A stretch of DNA of 64,000 nt from Takakia lepidozioides. Lineage: Eukaryota > Plantae > Bryophyta. The stretch lies in assembly GCA_030704615.1 (NCBI GenBank), contig CM060733.1, forward strand, positions 73,656,001-73,720,000, given 5' to 3'. The notes under the pieces were generated by a model. It did no database searches and was not told the DNA's origin. It saw nothing but the letters and a program-made list of their open reading frames with translations. Shown here in pieces: positions 38,575 through 53,100 of the stretch. Numbering within the stretch: position 1 is the stretch's first letter; the number at the start of each line of letters is the position of its first letter. The position numbers were made by a program, and so were the translations under genes.

Positions 38575-41500
38575 TGAGTGATGAAGAGAAGCTAGACGCC
38601 AGAGATATTCAGCAAAAAGAGAAAGCTATCTGAAAGCTAATTATCCATATCTTTGGGAGAGAGGAATAGACATAGGGGAATCATCTGGACCTCTCACACC
38701 ATTAAGATCAAAGTACATCACCCATACCCGGAAGAACTAGAGTTGGATGCCACTCCTTCTTTTCTTTGCAAGAAAGATTAAGGGAATTGGTACGGGAAGA
38801 AGATCAATCACGAGGTGAAAGATCTGAGGTACATCCCTGGATAAAAGATTTGACAGAAATCTTTGATAAGAGTTGGCATGGAACACCAAAAGCAGGACTC
38901 CAGTTTCTGAAGCGGAAGGTGAAGAAGGAGGAGGATGTGGCAGAGCCAACGGAGAGTTCAGACTCTCCAACACCATTACAGTTGAGTTACATGTGAAGAA
39001 GAAACCCAAGGGCAGAACTTGGAGGATGAAAACAGAGAGGAAATTGGAAGAGGAAAATATGAAGAAGTAGACCCAACAGCTGAGGTTGAGACTACAACCA
39101 GGACATCCCAACCCGTTGGACCTGGATCAAGTGGAGCACTTGGATCACAGGCCAACGAAGGTGTCGGCTCAGGGGGATCAGGCGGGCTGCCTGGCGGATC
39201 TGGCTCTGGGGGGACAGGGAGTGTGGGAAGTAGTAGTGCAACTGAAGCTGGGAATACTGTGAATATCGTGGGGGCCAGTAGCAGGGAGTGCTCAAGGGCC
39301 ACCACTTGGTGGAAGATCCACACAAAAACAAGGTCCAGAAGGACCAGACCAGCAAGGTGCCAGCACCTGTCAGTGGGCAGAAGGTAGGGCCACAGATGGC
39401 GTTACAACCAACACGGGCAAAACCACCTTTTCCAATATATTCAGGAAAGGGGATCCCGATGTACACATTAGCCAATTTGAGCACATGTGTATAGTGAACA
39501 ATGAGAATGGCGATGATGCCAAGATGAGATTGTTTCCTTGTTCACTATCAAGAAAGCAAGTGAATGGTATGCAAGATTCCCTGATAATCATTTCCTAACC
39601 TGGAATGGCTTGAATACACATTCCGAAATAGGTTCAGGACAAGTAAAACTGAGGATGAAGTGTATGGAAGTTTACAACAGTTAAAGCAAAGAAGCATGAA
39701 ACTGTTGAGGAGTATATGGAAAAGATGGAATTGATGATGAAAAACTGGCTGCAGTACCAGCACCCGGTTTACAGAAGACTTGGTTTGTGAGTGGACTAAG
39801 ACCAGAGTTGCAAAAGAAAGTGGATATGTTACCCCATAATACAGTGGAGGAGGCATTTGAAACTGCAAACAGAATTGAGCAATTGGGAATGCTCAGGAGA
39901 GAGAAAAGGGATGATGAGGACTCTGAGGATGAGTCAGATGAAGAAGAAGAGCAAGAACTAAAAAGGAAGAGTAAGAGAAAGGAGAAGTTGAAGAGGGATA
40001 ACTATGAAAAAAGATTGAAGAAATCTTGAAGAAGTATGCCACAGAGGCTGCAACACATTGGAGGAAGGGTGTATGGTGTGCAAAGTGCCAGAATGAAGGC
40101 CATACCACCACAGAATGCCACATGAAGGAGAAACACTGTACTATCTGTAAAATGGATAACCATTCTACTGAGAATTGTTACTACAACAGAAGGACAGCTG
40201 CAAGAGAACCTAGGCAAGTAAGGGTGCATCAGGTGCAGCCCCAGCCAAGAAGAAACAATGATCAGGACCACTATGGTAGGTCTGGTGGTTATAAACAATG
40301 GCATGGAAGGGAGAGGTAATTCAAGAGGGAATTACCAAGGAAATTCCAGAGGCAACTATCAGGGTAATCCAAGGGGAATTACCAGCCCGGGAATCAGGAT
40401 TACAGAAATAATCCAAGAACAGACCAAGGGCGAGGACCCAATGGTGAAGAACTATGTTACTATTGTAATCAGCCAGGACATCGCAAGGCAGCCTGTTCAT
40501 TCTGGATAGACACCAGAATGAGATGAGAGCTCCTGTGAATGAGGGCCCAGTGGTGGCAGCTCACATGGTTAGGCCATGTGTTGTACCAGAAGTAAGTACA
40601 ATGATAGTAACAAGAAGCAAAGCCAAACTAATACCTCCAGTAGTTGAGGAAGATGATGATAATGAAGATGGCATGATATGCCTGAAGATGAGAGACTTGG
40701 AAAGATGAGAAGGAACTGCACAAGGAAGTGGCATACCATAAGGGAAATGCAGAAGAGTACTGATATTCCTGTGGCAGATTCCTCTGATTCTGATGGAGAA
40801 GAAGAAGTGAGTGAGGATGAAAGGAAGAAAGAAGATGCAGACATGCAAAGTAATGAAGAGACTTTGGCTGAAGTAATATGCAGACCAAACCAAAGAGATT
40901 ACCATTGGACAGCTATTGGCTGTGGCACCTTATTGTAGGCACAGGCTGTATCAAGCAATCAATCGAATTGCCCAGGAGACAGGAAACACAGACCTGAACA
41001 GCAAGGTGACCAGTTATAATGTGAAGCCGGAGGCGAGAAACAGTCATGGACTTTGATGATTCTATGCCAGTAATCCAATTGAGAATTGGAAGCACAGAAC
41101 TAACTGATGTACTGATAGATGGAGGTTCTGGAGTTAAATATCATGACAGACCAATTAAGAAGAAGCTTGGTCTAAGTAACATGAAACCAGCCCCATTTAC
41201 AGTAACAATGGCAGATCAAAGAAGTGTACAGCCATTGGGATTAATAAGAGGAGTTAAGATACAGATACAGAAGATGAATTTATGATCACAGTAACTGTGT
41301 TGAAGATGGATGAAGTCATGGAGGCTTACTCCTTATTATTGGGACGTCCGTGGCTGAAACAGGCCAGGGTATTCCATGACTGGAATTCTCAGTTACTAAC
41401 CGTGCATAATGGGATACACGAGATACAAATTACCACAAAGAAATCTAGTAGATTACCTGCTACGAGAAGACCTCGAGGAGTCAGAGAGTATGACTGGAGA

Positions 41501-44500
41501 GGAGGACTGGATGAGGAGCAGGAAGCTACCCTATTTGCTGCACACCCAGAGTGGGAGCAGGTTGCAGAGATGCGGCTGGAAAGCCTAAGTTGTTTAAGAG
41601 GTATCTGCTGTGGTGTAGTGACAGCAACACCAATTGAAGAGGAAACCAGCAGTTACCCATCACATTTCTATGAAGAAGAAAGAGAAGGAGAAATGGAAAT
41701 CCTAGAGGAACCAGCCACTGTGAGCTTACAGGATGAAGTGGTGACTGGTTGGACAATCACAGCTGATGAGCAGGTGAGGGAAGTGAATGTGGGAACTAAA
41801 GAGGAACCGAGGATGGTGAAAGTAGGAGCTGATTTGGAGCCGAATTCTTTGAAGAAGCTAAAAGCTTGTTCATCAAATACAGAGATGTATTTGCTTGGAG
41901 CTATGAGGATCTAAAAGGGATACCACCTGAAGTCTGTCAGCATAAGATTGAACTGGAACCAGGGTCAGTACCAATCAAGCAGGCGAGGTACAGAATGAAT
42001 CCCAACTACGCACAGAAGGTTGGAGAAGAGATCAAGAAGTTGGCTGAGGCTAAGTTTATATACCCAATAGAGTATACAACTTGGTTGTCACCCATTGTTA
42101 TAGTTCCCAAGAAGAATGGTAAACTAAGAGTATGTGTGAACTACAAGAAGCTGAATGCTTGTACGAAGAAAGATCCTTTCCCTTTGCCATTCACAGAAGC
42201 AGTATTGGACACTGTGGCAGGCCATGAGAGATGTACTCATTCATGGATGGCTTCAGTGGTTATAATCAAGTGCAAGTGGCAGAAGAAGACCAAGGAAAAG
42301 ACAGCTTTCATCACAGACTGGGGTGCTTATGCATACAAAGTCATGCCCTTTGGACTTTGTAATGCACCAGCAACCTTTCAGAGAGTGATAAGTGAATCTT
42401 TTCATGAGTATCTGGATGATTTCATGCAGGTGTTCTTGGATGATTTCAGTGTGTACAGCTCTAAGAATGAGCACTTGCATAAATTGGAGTTATGTCTGGC
42501 CAGATGATGCAGGATGAGAGGTCTGGGCCTGAATCCAGAGAAGTGTACTTTCTGTGTGAACTCAGGGGTGCTTCTGGGACACATTGTGTGTAAGAAGGGA
42601 CTTCTTGTGGATCCCAGGAAGACAGAGCCATTAAAGCCTCTCCACCACCAGTGAATGTTAAGAGTTTAAGGAGATTCCTTGGGCAAACCAGTTATTACAG
42701 AAGATTTGTCAAAAGGTATGCACAAATAGCAGCACCATTGAGCAAGCTTCTGAAGAAAGATGCAGTGTTTGCCTGGACAGCTGAATGTCAACAGGCGTTT
42801 GAGGAACTTACACTGTCAGTAACAACTACACCTGTGCTGATTAACCCTCACTGGCATGTAGTATTTCATGTTCACTGCGATGCATCAGGAGAAGCGTTGG
42901 GAGCGGTGTTAGCCCAGAATGTTACAGGAAATATAGATTCACCTGTGTACTATGCTAGCAGGTTGATGAACAGTGCTGAAAGGAACTATAGCACAACTGA
43001 AAGAGAAGCACTGGCAATGATTTATGCAGTCAAGAAATTCAGGCATTACCTATTGGGAAGAAAGTTTATGTTTATGTGGATCACCAGGCTCTGATATATC
43101 TGGTGAACAAACCTTTGATAAGTGGAAGGATAGCGAGGTGGTTAATAATCTTGCATGAGTTTGAGTTCGAGGTTTATTTACAAGCCTGGCCGTTGCATCT
43201 TGTGGCAGATCATTTGTCACGACTAACAACAGGAGAGGCCGCCACAGGAGTGGACGATCAGTTACCTGATGCGAGTTTATTTGTAATGGAGGTGCAAGGA
43301 AGTGCAGATGAATGGTTAGATTGGCAGTGGCCAATCAGATACTACCTTACTCATGGTCAGTGCCCACCTAGTTATGGTAAGGAGCAGAGGAAGAGAATCG
43401 CTATCAAAGCTTTACCTATACTATGGTAGGAAGCAGAATGTATAAGCTAGGACCTGATGGAGTACTAAAACGATGCTTGTACCACCATGAAGTAAATAAA
43501 GTTTTGGAGGAAGTTCATAAAGGAGTGGCTGGAGGTCATTTTGGAGAAGAGACTACCAGTAGAAGATACTACTCGCAGGTTACTGGTGGCCTACTTTGTT
43601 CAAAGATGTACAAGTATTGTCAAGTTGTGATGAATGTCAGAGGCTAGGACCTTTGCAGAGATCTGGAAGGATGGCCTTGCATCCTACAATGCCTACGGAA
43701 CCATTTCAGAAATGGGGACTAGACTTTGTTGGACCAATTAACCCACCAGCCAAGAATACACGGAACAGGTACATAATTACAGCCACTGATTATACTACGA
43801 AGTGGGTGGAAGCTAAAGCTTTGAGGGACAACACAGCCAAGTCCACAGCAAGGTTCCTGTATGAGAACATACTTACACGATTTGGCTGTCCCTTAGAATT
43901 ATCAGTGATCAGGGAAGTCACTTCATTAATGAGACCATTGAATTATTGACTAAAGAGTTCATGATTGTGCATAGGAAGAGTACAACATATTACCACAGGG
44001 TAATGGGACAGGCAGAGGCTACCAACAAAATACTATGTACTATCTTGGCTAAGATAGTCAATGCAAACAGAAACGGATTGGGATACAAAGCTGCTGACAG
44101 CTTTGTGGTCATACAGGACTTCATATAAAGTCACCACTAAGTATACACCATTCCAATTAGTTTATGGTATGGAAGCCTTACTTCCAGTGGAATTCCTGTT
44201 ACCTACCATGAGAACGGAGTGGGGAAAGAGAATGGAATTGCAAGATTCCATTAAGGTCAGGAAACATGAATTATACCATGTGGAAGAAGTACGTGCTGAT
44301 GCAGCTGATAATATGACCAGAATTCAGATGAAGAGGAAGGAACAGTTTGATGAAGGCAAGTTAAAAACTTTTAAGACGGGAGATTTGGTTCTATGGTTGC
44401 AGAAGAAGGGAAAGATTAAAGCTTCTAAGCTTAAATCACCATGGAAAGGACCTTATGTCATACAAAAGATGTATGATAACAACACCGCCATGTTACAAAC

Positions 44501-44560
44501 CATTAACAAAGAAATGCTGGGAAGAGTCAATGCCAATAAGTTAAAGGGTACAGTGGTATC
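38575..44560 (+). pseudogene. gag-pol polyprotein with many single-base frameshifts
   Basis: CCHC knuckles (CAKCQNEGHTTTEC, CTICKMDNHSTENC, CYYCNQPGHRKAAC); protease VLIDGGSG; RT WLSPIVIVPKK...FLDDF; RNase H HCDAS; integrase WGLDFVGP...WKGPY; no chromodomain. Confidence 0.9.
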
Positions 44561-44689
44561 CATGACAAACCATTGCAGCATGATTTGCATGTTGAAACGC
44601 AAGAGCAGTCACGGGCTGCGCCAGTGTTACCAACGGAGTATGGAGCACTTGTCGCTAGGCCAAGCATATATGACCAGGCGGGCAGAACA

Positions 44690-44910
44690 AGCGTGACACA
44701 GCCTATCACAACCATCACAGGCACGACACAGCCTATCACAGCCCATACACAGCTATCACAGGTACAGCCTATCACAGCCCAGCACGGCGCAACACAGCCT
44801 ATCACAACCTACCACAGCGTGTCACAGCCTATCACAGCTTACCACAGTGCATCACAGCCTATCACAGGTACCACAGTATGACACAGCCTGTCACAGCTCA
44901 ACACAGCCTA
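44690..44910. repeat. CACAGCCTAT-type minisatellite downstream of pol
   Basis: Repeated acagcctatcac units. Confidence 0.85.
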
Positions 44911-45399
44911 CTAGGGTTACACGATCCATAGAATCAGTGACAGGTGGACGCACAATAACTTCAGGAAAATGGCCGACGGAAGAAAGGACGGAAACCAGTT
45001 TAAAAATAGACACGTGGAAGTCAGGGCGCGACACACAGCTGAGAAGGAAGTGCAAGAACAGGTGTCATCAAGAAAGAGGACAAGAATGGCGTCAAAGTAC
45101 CTACTTAGCGCGTCAATTCGGATGAATGGCGGGCCCATTAATGAATACGGAAAAGGGGAACGGAACAAACGGCAAGTACAGAAAAGCGAAATTCTTGTCA
45201 CATGTGTGATCCTAGTGGACAATCCAGCAGGGAAAGTCCACTAAAGAAATTAAATTTAAAATCCAGTCACAGCGGTTACAGCCAATCGAAAGCCAAAAAG
45301 GGATCAAGAAATTGGAGGGAATTAAGCGCAAGAGTCGGCGTCGTTCTAAGTAACGGGCGTCTCGACGGGACAGACCATCAATGCTATAGCTTTGAAGCT

Positions 45400-48300
45400 A
45401 TGGAGGAACTAACAGACTATACGCTCGCAATATTACTTACGCAGTGGCATAGACACGAAAGAACAGAGCGGAGCTTTTCTCTTGATCGATGCTTGCAAGC
45501 CCCGCAGGCTTACAAGAAATTACCCATAGCTTTTTGTGGCAACCATACGTTATGCTTTGTGCACTACAGGCATTCTTCAATTGTTACAGCCAAAACATTT
45601 CTGTGGGTCTAGAATGAAGAGAGTGAGAGGAATGGAGGAAATCAGGGTGAAGAGCACCACAATTCTGCAGAAACAAACGATTGCTACCCCACAGGCGATA
45701 CAGATACTGAAGGAGCTGAGATTGCAAGGATTGCAAAGCAAAGATTGGACATTGCACCATAGACAGTACATGTTACAATTCTTGCAGAACTTTGAGCCAA
45801 GGACAGGAGCAACAACGGTGAAGGGAGTTGAATTAGTAATTACTCCCCTATACCTACAGCAATTGTTTCGATTGCCAGCAGGTCAGGTGCATGTGGAGGA
45901 GCACAGGGCAAGACTGCAAATAGGGGACTTATTCCAAGAAGGGAGTTTCTTTAAAACTCAGGGTTATGCTTGTACCAAGGCCGTGTACCCAGGGCTAAGG
46001 AGGTAGGCCAGGTATTGAACGTTCTGTTTGCCATGAAACAGAACCAACAGTATTTGAGCAGATCCTTCACAGAGGAAATACTCAAAGCCGTAGAATGGGC
46101 GGACATAATGTACAACGCACTGGTAGAGGAGATGAAAAGATTACAGGGTACTGCCGCAAAGTCTCCTATCATAGTGTCTGGCCCAATCATTGCTCAAATA
46201 ATTCTTGATTCTGGCATACTTGATGCTCGAAAGAAAGAAGAAAGGAGAGTGTTTGAGCCAGAAACCACTGCAATGGAAGAGCAAGGCTCTTCACAGTGAG
46301 GGTGGACTGGCGGCAACCGAGAATAAGAGACAGAGGCGGGGAAAGATGGCGGATCCACTGGCTTCACGGAATCCGCATGATAATGTTTCCCAAGTTTTGT
46401 GCAGGAAGGGGCACAGCAGCACAGAGAACTGCTATTACTAGAAGCAGGACCTTCAGAGAGGGAAGAGGAAGTTACTTCAGTATCACAGCCATCACACAGA
46501 TGATCGGCTTGTCACAAGGTTACAAGTTGTCCATGCAGCTCAACCAGAAATAATTGATTTGGAAAAAGAAGGGTTAGATATTCCAACTACAGAACAGATA
46601 GTGGCAGAAATTGAGAAGGGGGACCTTCTCTATGAATATTCTGGTCTGGTCAAGGAGACAGATTCCAGAGGTGCAACAGTTGCCCAAGGGAAATCCTGAG
46701 GTGCATATAATACACACACCTGTGTCGGAGGTACCACAGGTAGAATGTCAAGACACTGCAGCACCGGTGATGGATGAAGTGGTTCAGGAAGAAAATCTGG
46801 TGGGACAATGGCCTGAGTGGTTCGTGAGACATCACACTGTTGAGGATCAGGGAGAACAGCAGCAAGCTCACCATGATGACCCTCAACAGGCAATGCTTAT
46901 GAGTTCCATAGGCAGGACACTTAATTTGTTGGGGACTTATGTCAAATCCCATGTTCCAACTACCCAATTGACAGCCTTGAGAGAGGAACTCAGGAAGGAG
47001 TTTGAGGCTCGACTAGCCACTGAGTGTGCAAACAAGGTCGATGAAGAGGTCACTCTCAAGATGCAGCAAGACTTGGAGAATACAGAAGCGGCTTTGCAAT
47101 TGGCCAAGGAACAATTGATTGAGGCAGGCCTCGCGCAAGACCAATTGCACGAAGCACATAAGCAACAGCTATACCAAATGCAGGTGCAACATGAAAGCAA
47201 GTTGCAAGAAGTGAATGCACTACATACGGAGTTGCAGACAGTGCATGACAGGATGGCCATACAATGTGCTACACTCACAACTATGCTTGACCAATCTACA
47301 AAAGAAATAAACAGTCAAGCGGAAAAATGTATGAAGGCAGAGCAGAGAGAATGTTGAGCAAATGAAACTCATTGTCGATATGAAGAATACAATCTGTCGC
47401 AATGAGGATACTTTCAAGCAATACAGGCATTGAAGCTGATCAAGAGAGCACATCCTGGAGTTGCAACAAACGATCATGGCCAATAGAAATGAAATCTCGG
47501 TCACTAACAAGGCTTGGAAGGAAGCCAATAATCTACTTGCTGCCTATGCGAATTTGGTTGAACCTCATGCGAAGCGCATGGAGGCTTTACAACAGCAATT
47601 GGATGTGTACAAACTAAGAGAGGAGCACACTCTCAGAGGAACCACAAGCAACTTGGTGGATAACCACCTTATGCAGGTCTGGTTAGCACAAGGGCCAGTG
47701 GAGGGCAAAGCACCACGAAAGCTCACCCAAAGCGAGATGAATGAGCTCAGACTGCAAGTGCAGAACATTGCCACAACTACTATAGACAATGTCTATAGTA
47801 GGATAGCGGAGTTACAGGAGGATGTAGAGACGGACTGCAGACTCAAGTGGAGGACCTCACTTCAAATATCGACAAAAGAGTCTATATACCTGAGGAACAG
47901 CTAATGGCTTCTTATTTACAAGCCAGAACTTTGGCTTTTCAGTCTTCTTCACAGGAGGTGCAGGAGATGCCAATGATACAAGAGCCAGTGCCACCAACAC
48001 CACAACAAGTCACTGTGCCAGTAGCTGACCCTGTTGTTACTACAACCACACCACAGCCACCACAGCCTGAGGTATGGGGCAATGCTGCTTTTAACCCACC
48101 TAAAACTCCAGCTGCGAGGGAGTACAGTAGGGCTATGATTATGCCCTTCAACCAAATTCCCATCATGTTGGATTTGGCTTGGAAAGAATTTAGTCCTCCG
48201 CAGTCATTGGCACATTACTACCAAATCATGCGCATTTGGCTGCCAGTGGCAACAAGGACTAAAGTTCTTCCCAACAATCGACCAATTGAGGATCATCACT

Positions 48301-49113
48301 TTGCACAATACTGGCATGAGGCAGGTACAATGTTGAAGGAATTAATTGCCTTCCAAGTTGTACATGGATTCATTTATACCAAGACCAAGGAGGTAGCAAG
48401 TATTGTCATGGGGCGGGTTATACTACGCTGCTTGTTTTCTGGTACGTTATCACATTGAGCAGCAAAAGATGCAATCGCGCTTTCTGAGTTATTCAGTGGG
48501 GATCATTGGGTCTTACCTTCAGTGCCACCTCATATGTACCTATATGAGCAAAAGTTATGATGCAAAAGGATTCTCAAATTCGTTCATGGTTTCATGCGGC
48601 CTGGAACAATTTGTCAACACAGAATTCGGCATTGATGATATTTTCTATAAGGGACATGTGGCATGGAAATACTTGCACAATTCACAAGTCATTGGTACCC
48701 CACTCACCTGGAGACAAGGAGCTCAGTGTCTTCACCAATTTTGCCGTTCAGCGTTTACAGCAAGTTTTAAAATATAAACTTCCAGACATGGTAGGACAAC
48801 ATTGTATGCCCCAGAGGATTCCACAAAAAGTTCGACAATAAAACACCTGAGAAGCGATGAGGATTCTGATACAACTGTTTCTTCAGCGGATTCTTTTGAC
48901 ATGGGAGAAGACTATGCAATTCAAATGGCAGAGAAGAAGCGACGGGGGTCTCCTATGCCTGAAAGGTTACCTCGATATCAGCCTCCAGAGGGAATCACTT
49001 ATCCGGGTAGTGTTCAATCATCTCCGTCAACCAGTGACAGACCTCGGGCGTACACACAGTCCGCCACGAAACTCTCAACGTCAGAAAGGTGCTCACTCAC
49101 AAAGGTTTGCTAA
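45400..49113 (+). pseudogene. Long extra 3' sense ORF (frameshifted; coiled-coil rich)
   Basis: Consecutive ORF pieces from MEELTDYTLAI (45400) to ~49113; the N-terminal part is one open frame in copy 25888-26547. Confidence 0.65.
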
Positions 49114-49147
49114 TCGCAATCAGTAAACCGTGAGGACACGGCTTTTT

Positions 49148-49161
49148 GAGAGGGGAAGGGG
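49148..49161 (+). promoter_or_regulatory. Polypurine tract
   Basis: gagaggggaagggg 3 bp before the 3' LTR. Confidence 0.9.
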
Positions 49162-49164
49162 TAA

Positions 49165-50150
49165 TGTTAGAGGACTGTCTGGGACTTAGACACTTATACG
49201 GGATGTAGGGTACCCTTAATTTTTGCACAGACTGAGACCAACAGGAGCCTTAGGGGTGACAGCAGCGCACTTTAGAAGGGGGTTACACAGCCCGTCATAG
49301 CCAACACAGCCAGTCACAACCAACATAGCTCGTCACAGCTTCGCAGAGCCCGACACAGCCCATCACAGCCAACACAGCCCGTCACAGCCGACACAGCCAC
49401 ACAGCCAGTCACAGCCCAACACAGCCAAACACAGTCGCACAGCCAGTCACAGCCCGACACAGCTGTCACAGCCCACAGTTCACACAGCTGTCACGACCAT
49501 AGGGAACGGATAGCAGGGCAAGGAACGACTCTGGGGAACAACACCTGCGAATGGAACATGTTAGTTCACGGACGACGGTTAGTGAGGGAAGCGGTTAGAA
49601 CAACGGGTAGGAAGATAAAACTAGGAGCAAGGACTGAAAGGGGGAGGCGGGAGATCACTTCGGGGTGGGGGACTTCTGGCATCAGGGCTTGGAAATGGGG
49701 GGAGAGCACATCTCTAAGGGGAAAGATGAAGAGCACGGAGTAGGAGAAGTGACGATCTGTTGTTACTTGATGAATGCAAGCTATAGAATTGTAATGTAGA
49801 GTAGATTAGAGACACCATGGCTTCAGCCTGATACTTGATAGATATTAATCTGATACACACTTCATACTCACACTGTGTAGAGAGATCTGAGTGAAGCTGT
49901 GGAATGAATGGATGAGTTGATGGAATCCGATAGATTGATGAAGCAAACTGATACTTAACTATCAATAGTAAGGTAGCTAGCTAACATGAATGCGGAAAGG
50001 AAAACAAATAGGAAACACCCCATGATACACTAGCTGTAGGTCATGACTGATTGTTCTGAGCGGGCTGAGTACTTAGAGATTTCCAACTCTTCTATCTTGG
50101 AGTTTCCGCCTCGGATAGCGAAGGGATGGGTGAGTAAAAGCCGTGCGACA
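49165..50150 (+). repeat. 3' LTR
   Basis: Matches the 5' LTR, with a longer minisatellite. Confidence 0.95.
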
Positions 50151-53100
50151 GCCCGGAACTGGAAAAATGGCGCCGAATTTCCGATTTTGCTACCAGCCAC
50201 CCTAGGGACTTAGCCATTTTCGGCCCCGAACTGGAAAAATGGCGCCATTTTTCCAGTTCGGGGCCAAAAATGACTAAGTCCACCATTTTTCCAGTTCCGC
50301 GCCCTATCAGTTCTGGGAATTAGCCATTTTCGGCCCGAACTGGAAAAATGGCGCCATTTTTCCAGTTCGGGGCCGAAAATGGCTAAGTTCCTAGGGTGGC
50401 TGGCACCAAAATCGGAAATTCGGCGCCATTTTTCCAGTTCCGGGCCCAGTCAGATCTGGGACTTAGCCATTTTCGGCCCCGAACTGGAAAAATGGCGCTG
50501 AAAAAAAAAAAAATAAAAAAAAAAATGCCATTTTTCTTGTTCAAGGCCCCGAAAATGGCTAAGTCCCTAGGGTGGCTGGAACCGCAACCGGAAATTCGGC
50601 GCCATTTTTCCAGTTCAGTTGCGGTTCCAGCCACCCTAGGGACTTAGCCATTTTCGGAGCCCTGAACTGGAAAAATGGCGCAATTTTTCCATTTCGGGGC
50701 CGAAAATGGCTAAGTCCCAGATCTGACTGGGCTCAGAACTGGAAAAATGGCGCCGAATTTCCGATTTTGGTGCCAGTCAGATCTGGGACTTAGCCATTTT
50801 CGGCCCCGAACTGGAAAAATGGCGTTTTTTTTTTTTTTTTTTTTTCCCGGCGCCATTTTTCCAGTTCGGGGCCGAAAATGGCTAAGTCCCAGATCTGACT
50901 GGCACCAAAATCGGAAATTCGGCGCCATTTTTCCAGTCATGCAGGTAATTCGAAGAGCGGATGGATGGAAATCCGGCGTCGGATTTCCATCCTCCAGGTA
51001 AGTCGGCGCTGCAAATTTCTGTCATGCAGGTTACCTGTGAGCGGATGGATGGAAATCTGGCACCGGATTTCCATCCGCCAGGTACAAAATTTCCGTCATG
51101 CAGGTAATTCGAAGAGCGGATGGATGGAAATCCGGCGCCGGATTTCCATCCGCCAGGTAGGTCGGCGCGCAAAATTTCCATCATGCAGGTAATTCGGAGC
51201 GCGGATGGCTGGAAATCCGGCGCCAGATTTCCATCCTCCAAGTAAGTCGGCGCTGCAAATTTCCGTTATGCAGGTAATTCGAAGAGCGGATGGATGGAAA
51301 TCCGGCGCCGGATTTCCATCCGCCAGGTAAGTCGGCTCGCCAAATTTCCGTCATGCAGGTAATACGAAGGGCGGATGGATGGAAATCCGGCGCCGGATTT
51401 CCATCCGCCAGCTAAGTCGGAGCGCGGCCGGATGGAAATCCGGCGCCGAATTTCCATCTTGTAGGTAACTCGGAGCGCCGAATTTCCGTCAGGCAGGTAA
51501 TTCGGAGGGCGGATGGATGGAAATCCGGCACCGAATTTCCGTCATGCAGGTAATTCGGAGAGCGGATGGATGGAAATCCGGTGCCGAATTTCCATCCTGC
51601 AGGTAATTTGGAGCCTGGATGGACGGAAATCCGGCGCCGAATTTCCATCCAGCAGGTACCTTGGATCGCTGCTGGATGGAAATTCGGCGCCGAATTACCA
51701 TCCTGCAGGTAATTCTGAGCGTGGCCGCTAGGTTTTTGGTCTAAAAAGACACTAAACCTTTAGTTTTTTTGGCTGAAGTCCACTTTTAGACACGTTTTTC
51801 AGGGAATTCTCGACTGCTAGGGGGAAATCCGAACGGCCCCGGACGGAAATTCGGCGCCGTTTTTCCGTCCTGGGAGGTTTTTATGTCGGCCAGACCCCCT
51901 GACACGACTTCCTTTGGGGGGCCCGGATGGAAATCCGGCGCCAAATTTCCATCCGGGGGATGCTCTCTGTCGGACAGGTGCCGGCCTCTCCGCCCGAAGC
52001 GACTTCATCCGGGCGTCCTCTGTTGGATATTCGGTGCTGAATTTCTGTCCGGGGATTGTAATTTGACGGCCAGATGCCGCCCTCTCCCCCCGAGCCGACT
52101 GCATCCGAACAGCCCCGGATGGAAATTCGGCGCCATTTTTCCATCCGGGGTGGTTTTTATGTCGGCCACTTTTCGGCCTGACCCCCCGACAAGACTTCCT
52201 TTGTGGGGGCCCGGATGGAAATTCGGCGCCGAATTTCCATCCGGGAGATGCTCTCTGTCGGACAGGTGACGGCCTCTCCGCCCGAGGCGACTTCATCCGG
52301 GCGTCCCCTGTTGGATATTCGATGCTGAATTTCTGTCGGGGGGGTTGTAATGTGACGGCCAGGTGCCGACCTCTCCCCCCGAGCCGATTGCATCCAAACG
52401 GCCGCGGATGGAAATTCGGCGCCGTTTTTCCATTCGGGGAGGTTTTTATGTCGGCCAGTTTTCGGCCTGACCCCCCGACAGGACTTCTTTTGGGGGGGCC
52501 CGGACGGAAATTCGGCGCCGAATTTCCATCAGGGGGATGCTCTCTGTCGGACAGGTGCCGGCCTCTCCGCCCGAGGCGACTTCATCCGGGCGTCCCCTGT
52601 TGGATATTCGGTGCCGAATTTCCGTCCGGGGGTTGTAATGTGACGGCCAGGTGCCGACCTCTCCCCCCGAGCCGACTGCATCCAAACGGCCGCGGATGGA
52701 AATTCGGCGTTGTTTTTCCATTCGGGGAGGTTTTTATGTCGGCCAGTTTTCGGCCTGACCCCCCGACAGGACTTCCTTTGGGGGGGCCCTTCCATCCGGG
52801 GGATGCTCTCTATCGGACAGGTGCCGGCCTCTCCGCCCGAGGCGACTTCATCCGGGCGTCCCCTGTTGGATATTCGGTGCCAATTTTCGTCCGTCCGGGG
52901 TTGTAATGACGGCCTCTCCCCCCGGGCCGACTGCATCCGAACGGCCCCGGATGGAAATTCGGTGCCGTTTTTCCATCCGGGGAGGTTTTTATGTCGGCCA
53001 GTTTTCGGTCTGACCCCCCGACATGACTTCCTTTGGGGGGCCCGGATGGAAATTCGGCTCTGAATTTCCATCCGGGGGATGTTATCTGTCGGACAGGTGC

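Larger units (their letters stand above)
37088..50150 (+). mobile_element. Full-length non-chromovirus Ty3/Gypsy LTR retrotransposon
   Basis: Two TG...CA LTRs, PBS, PPT, gag-PR-RT-RH-INT order; TSD gcccg (left copy carries one extra C). Confidence 0.95.
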
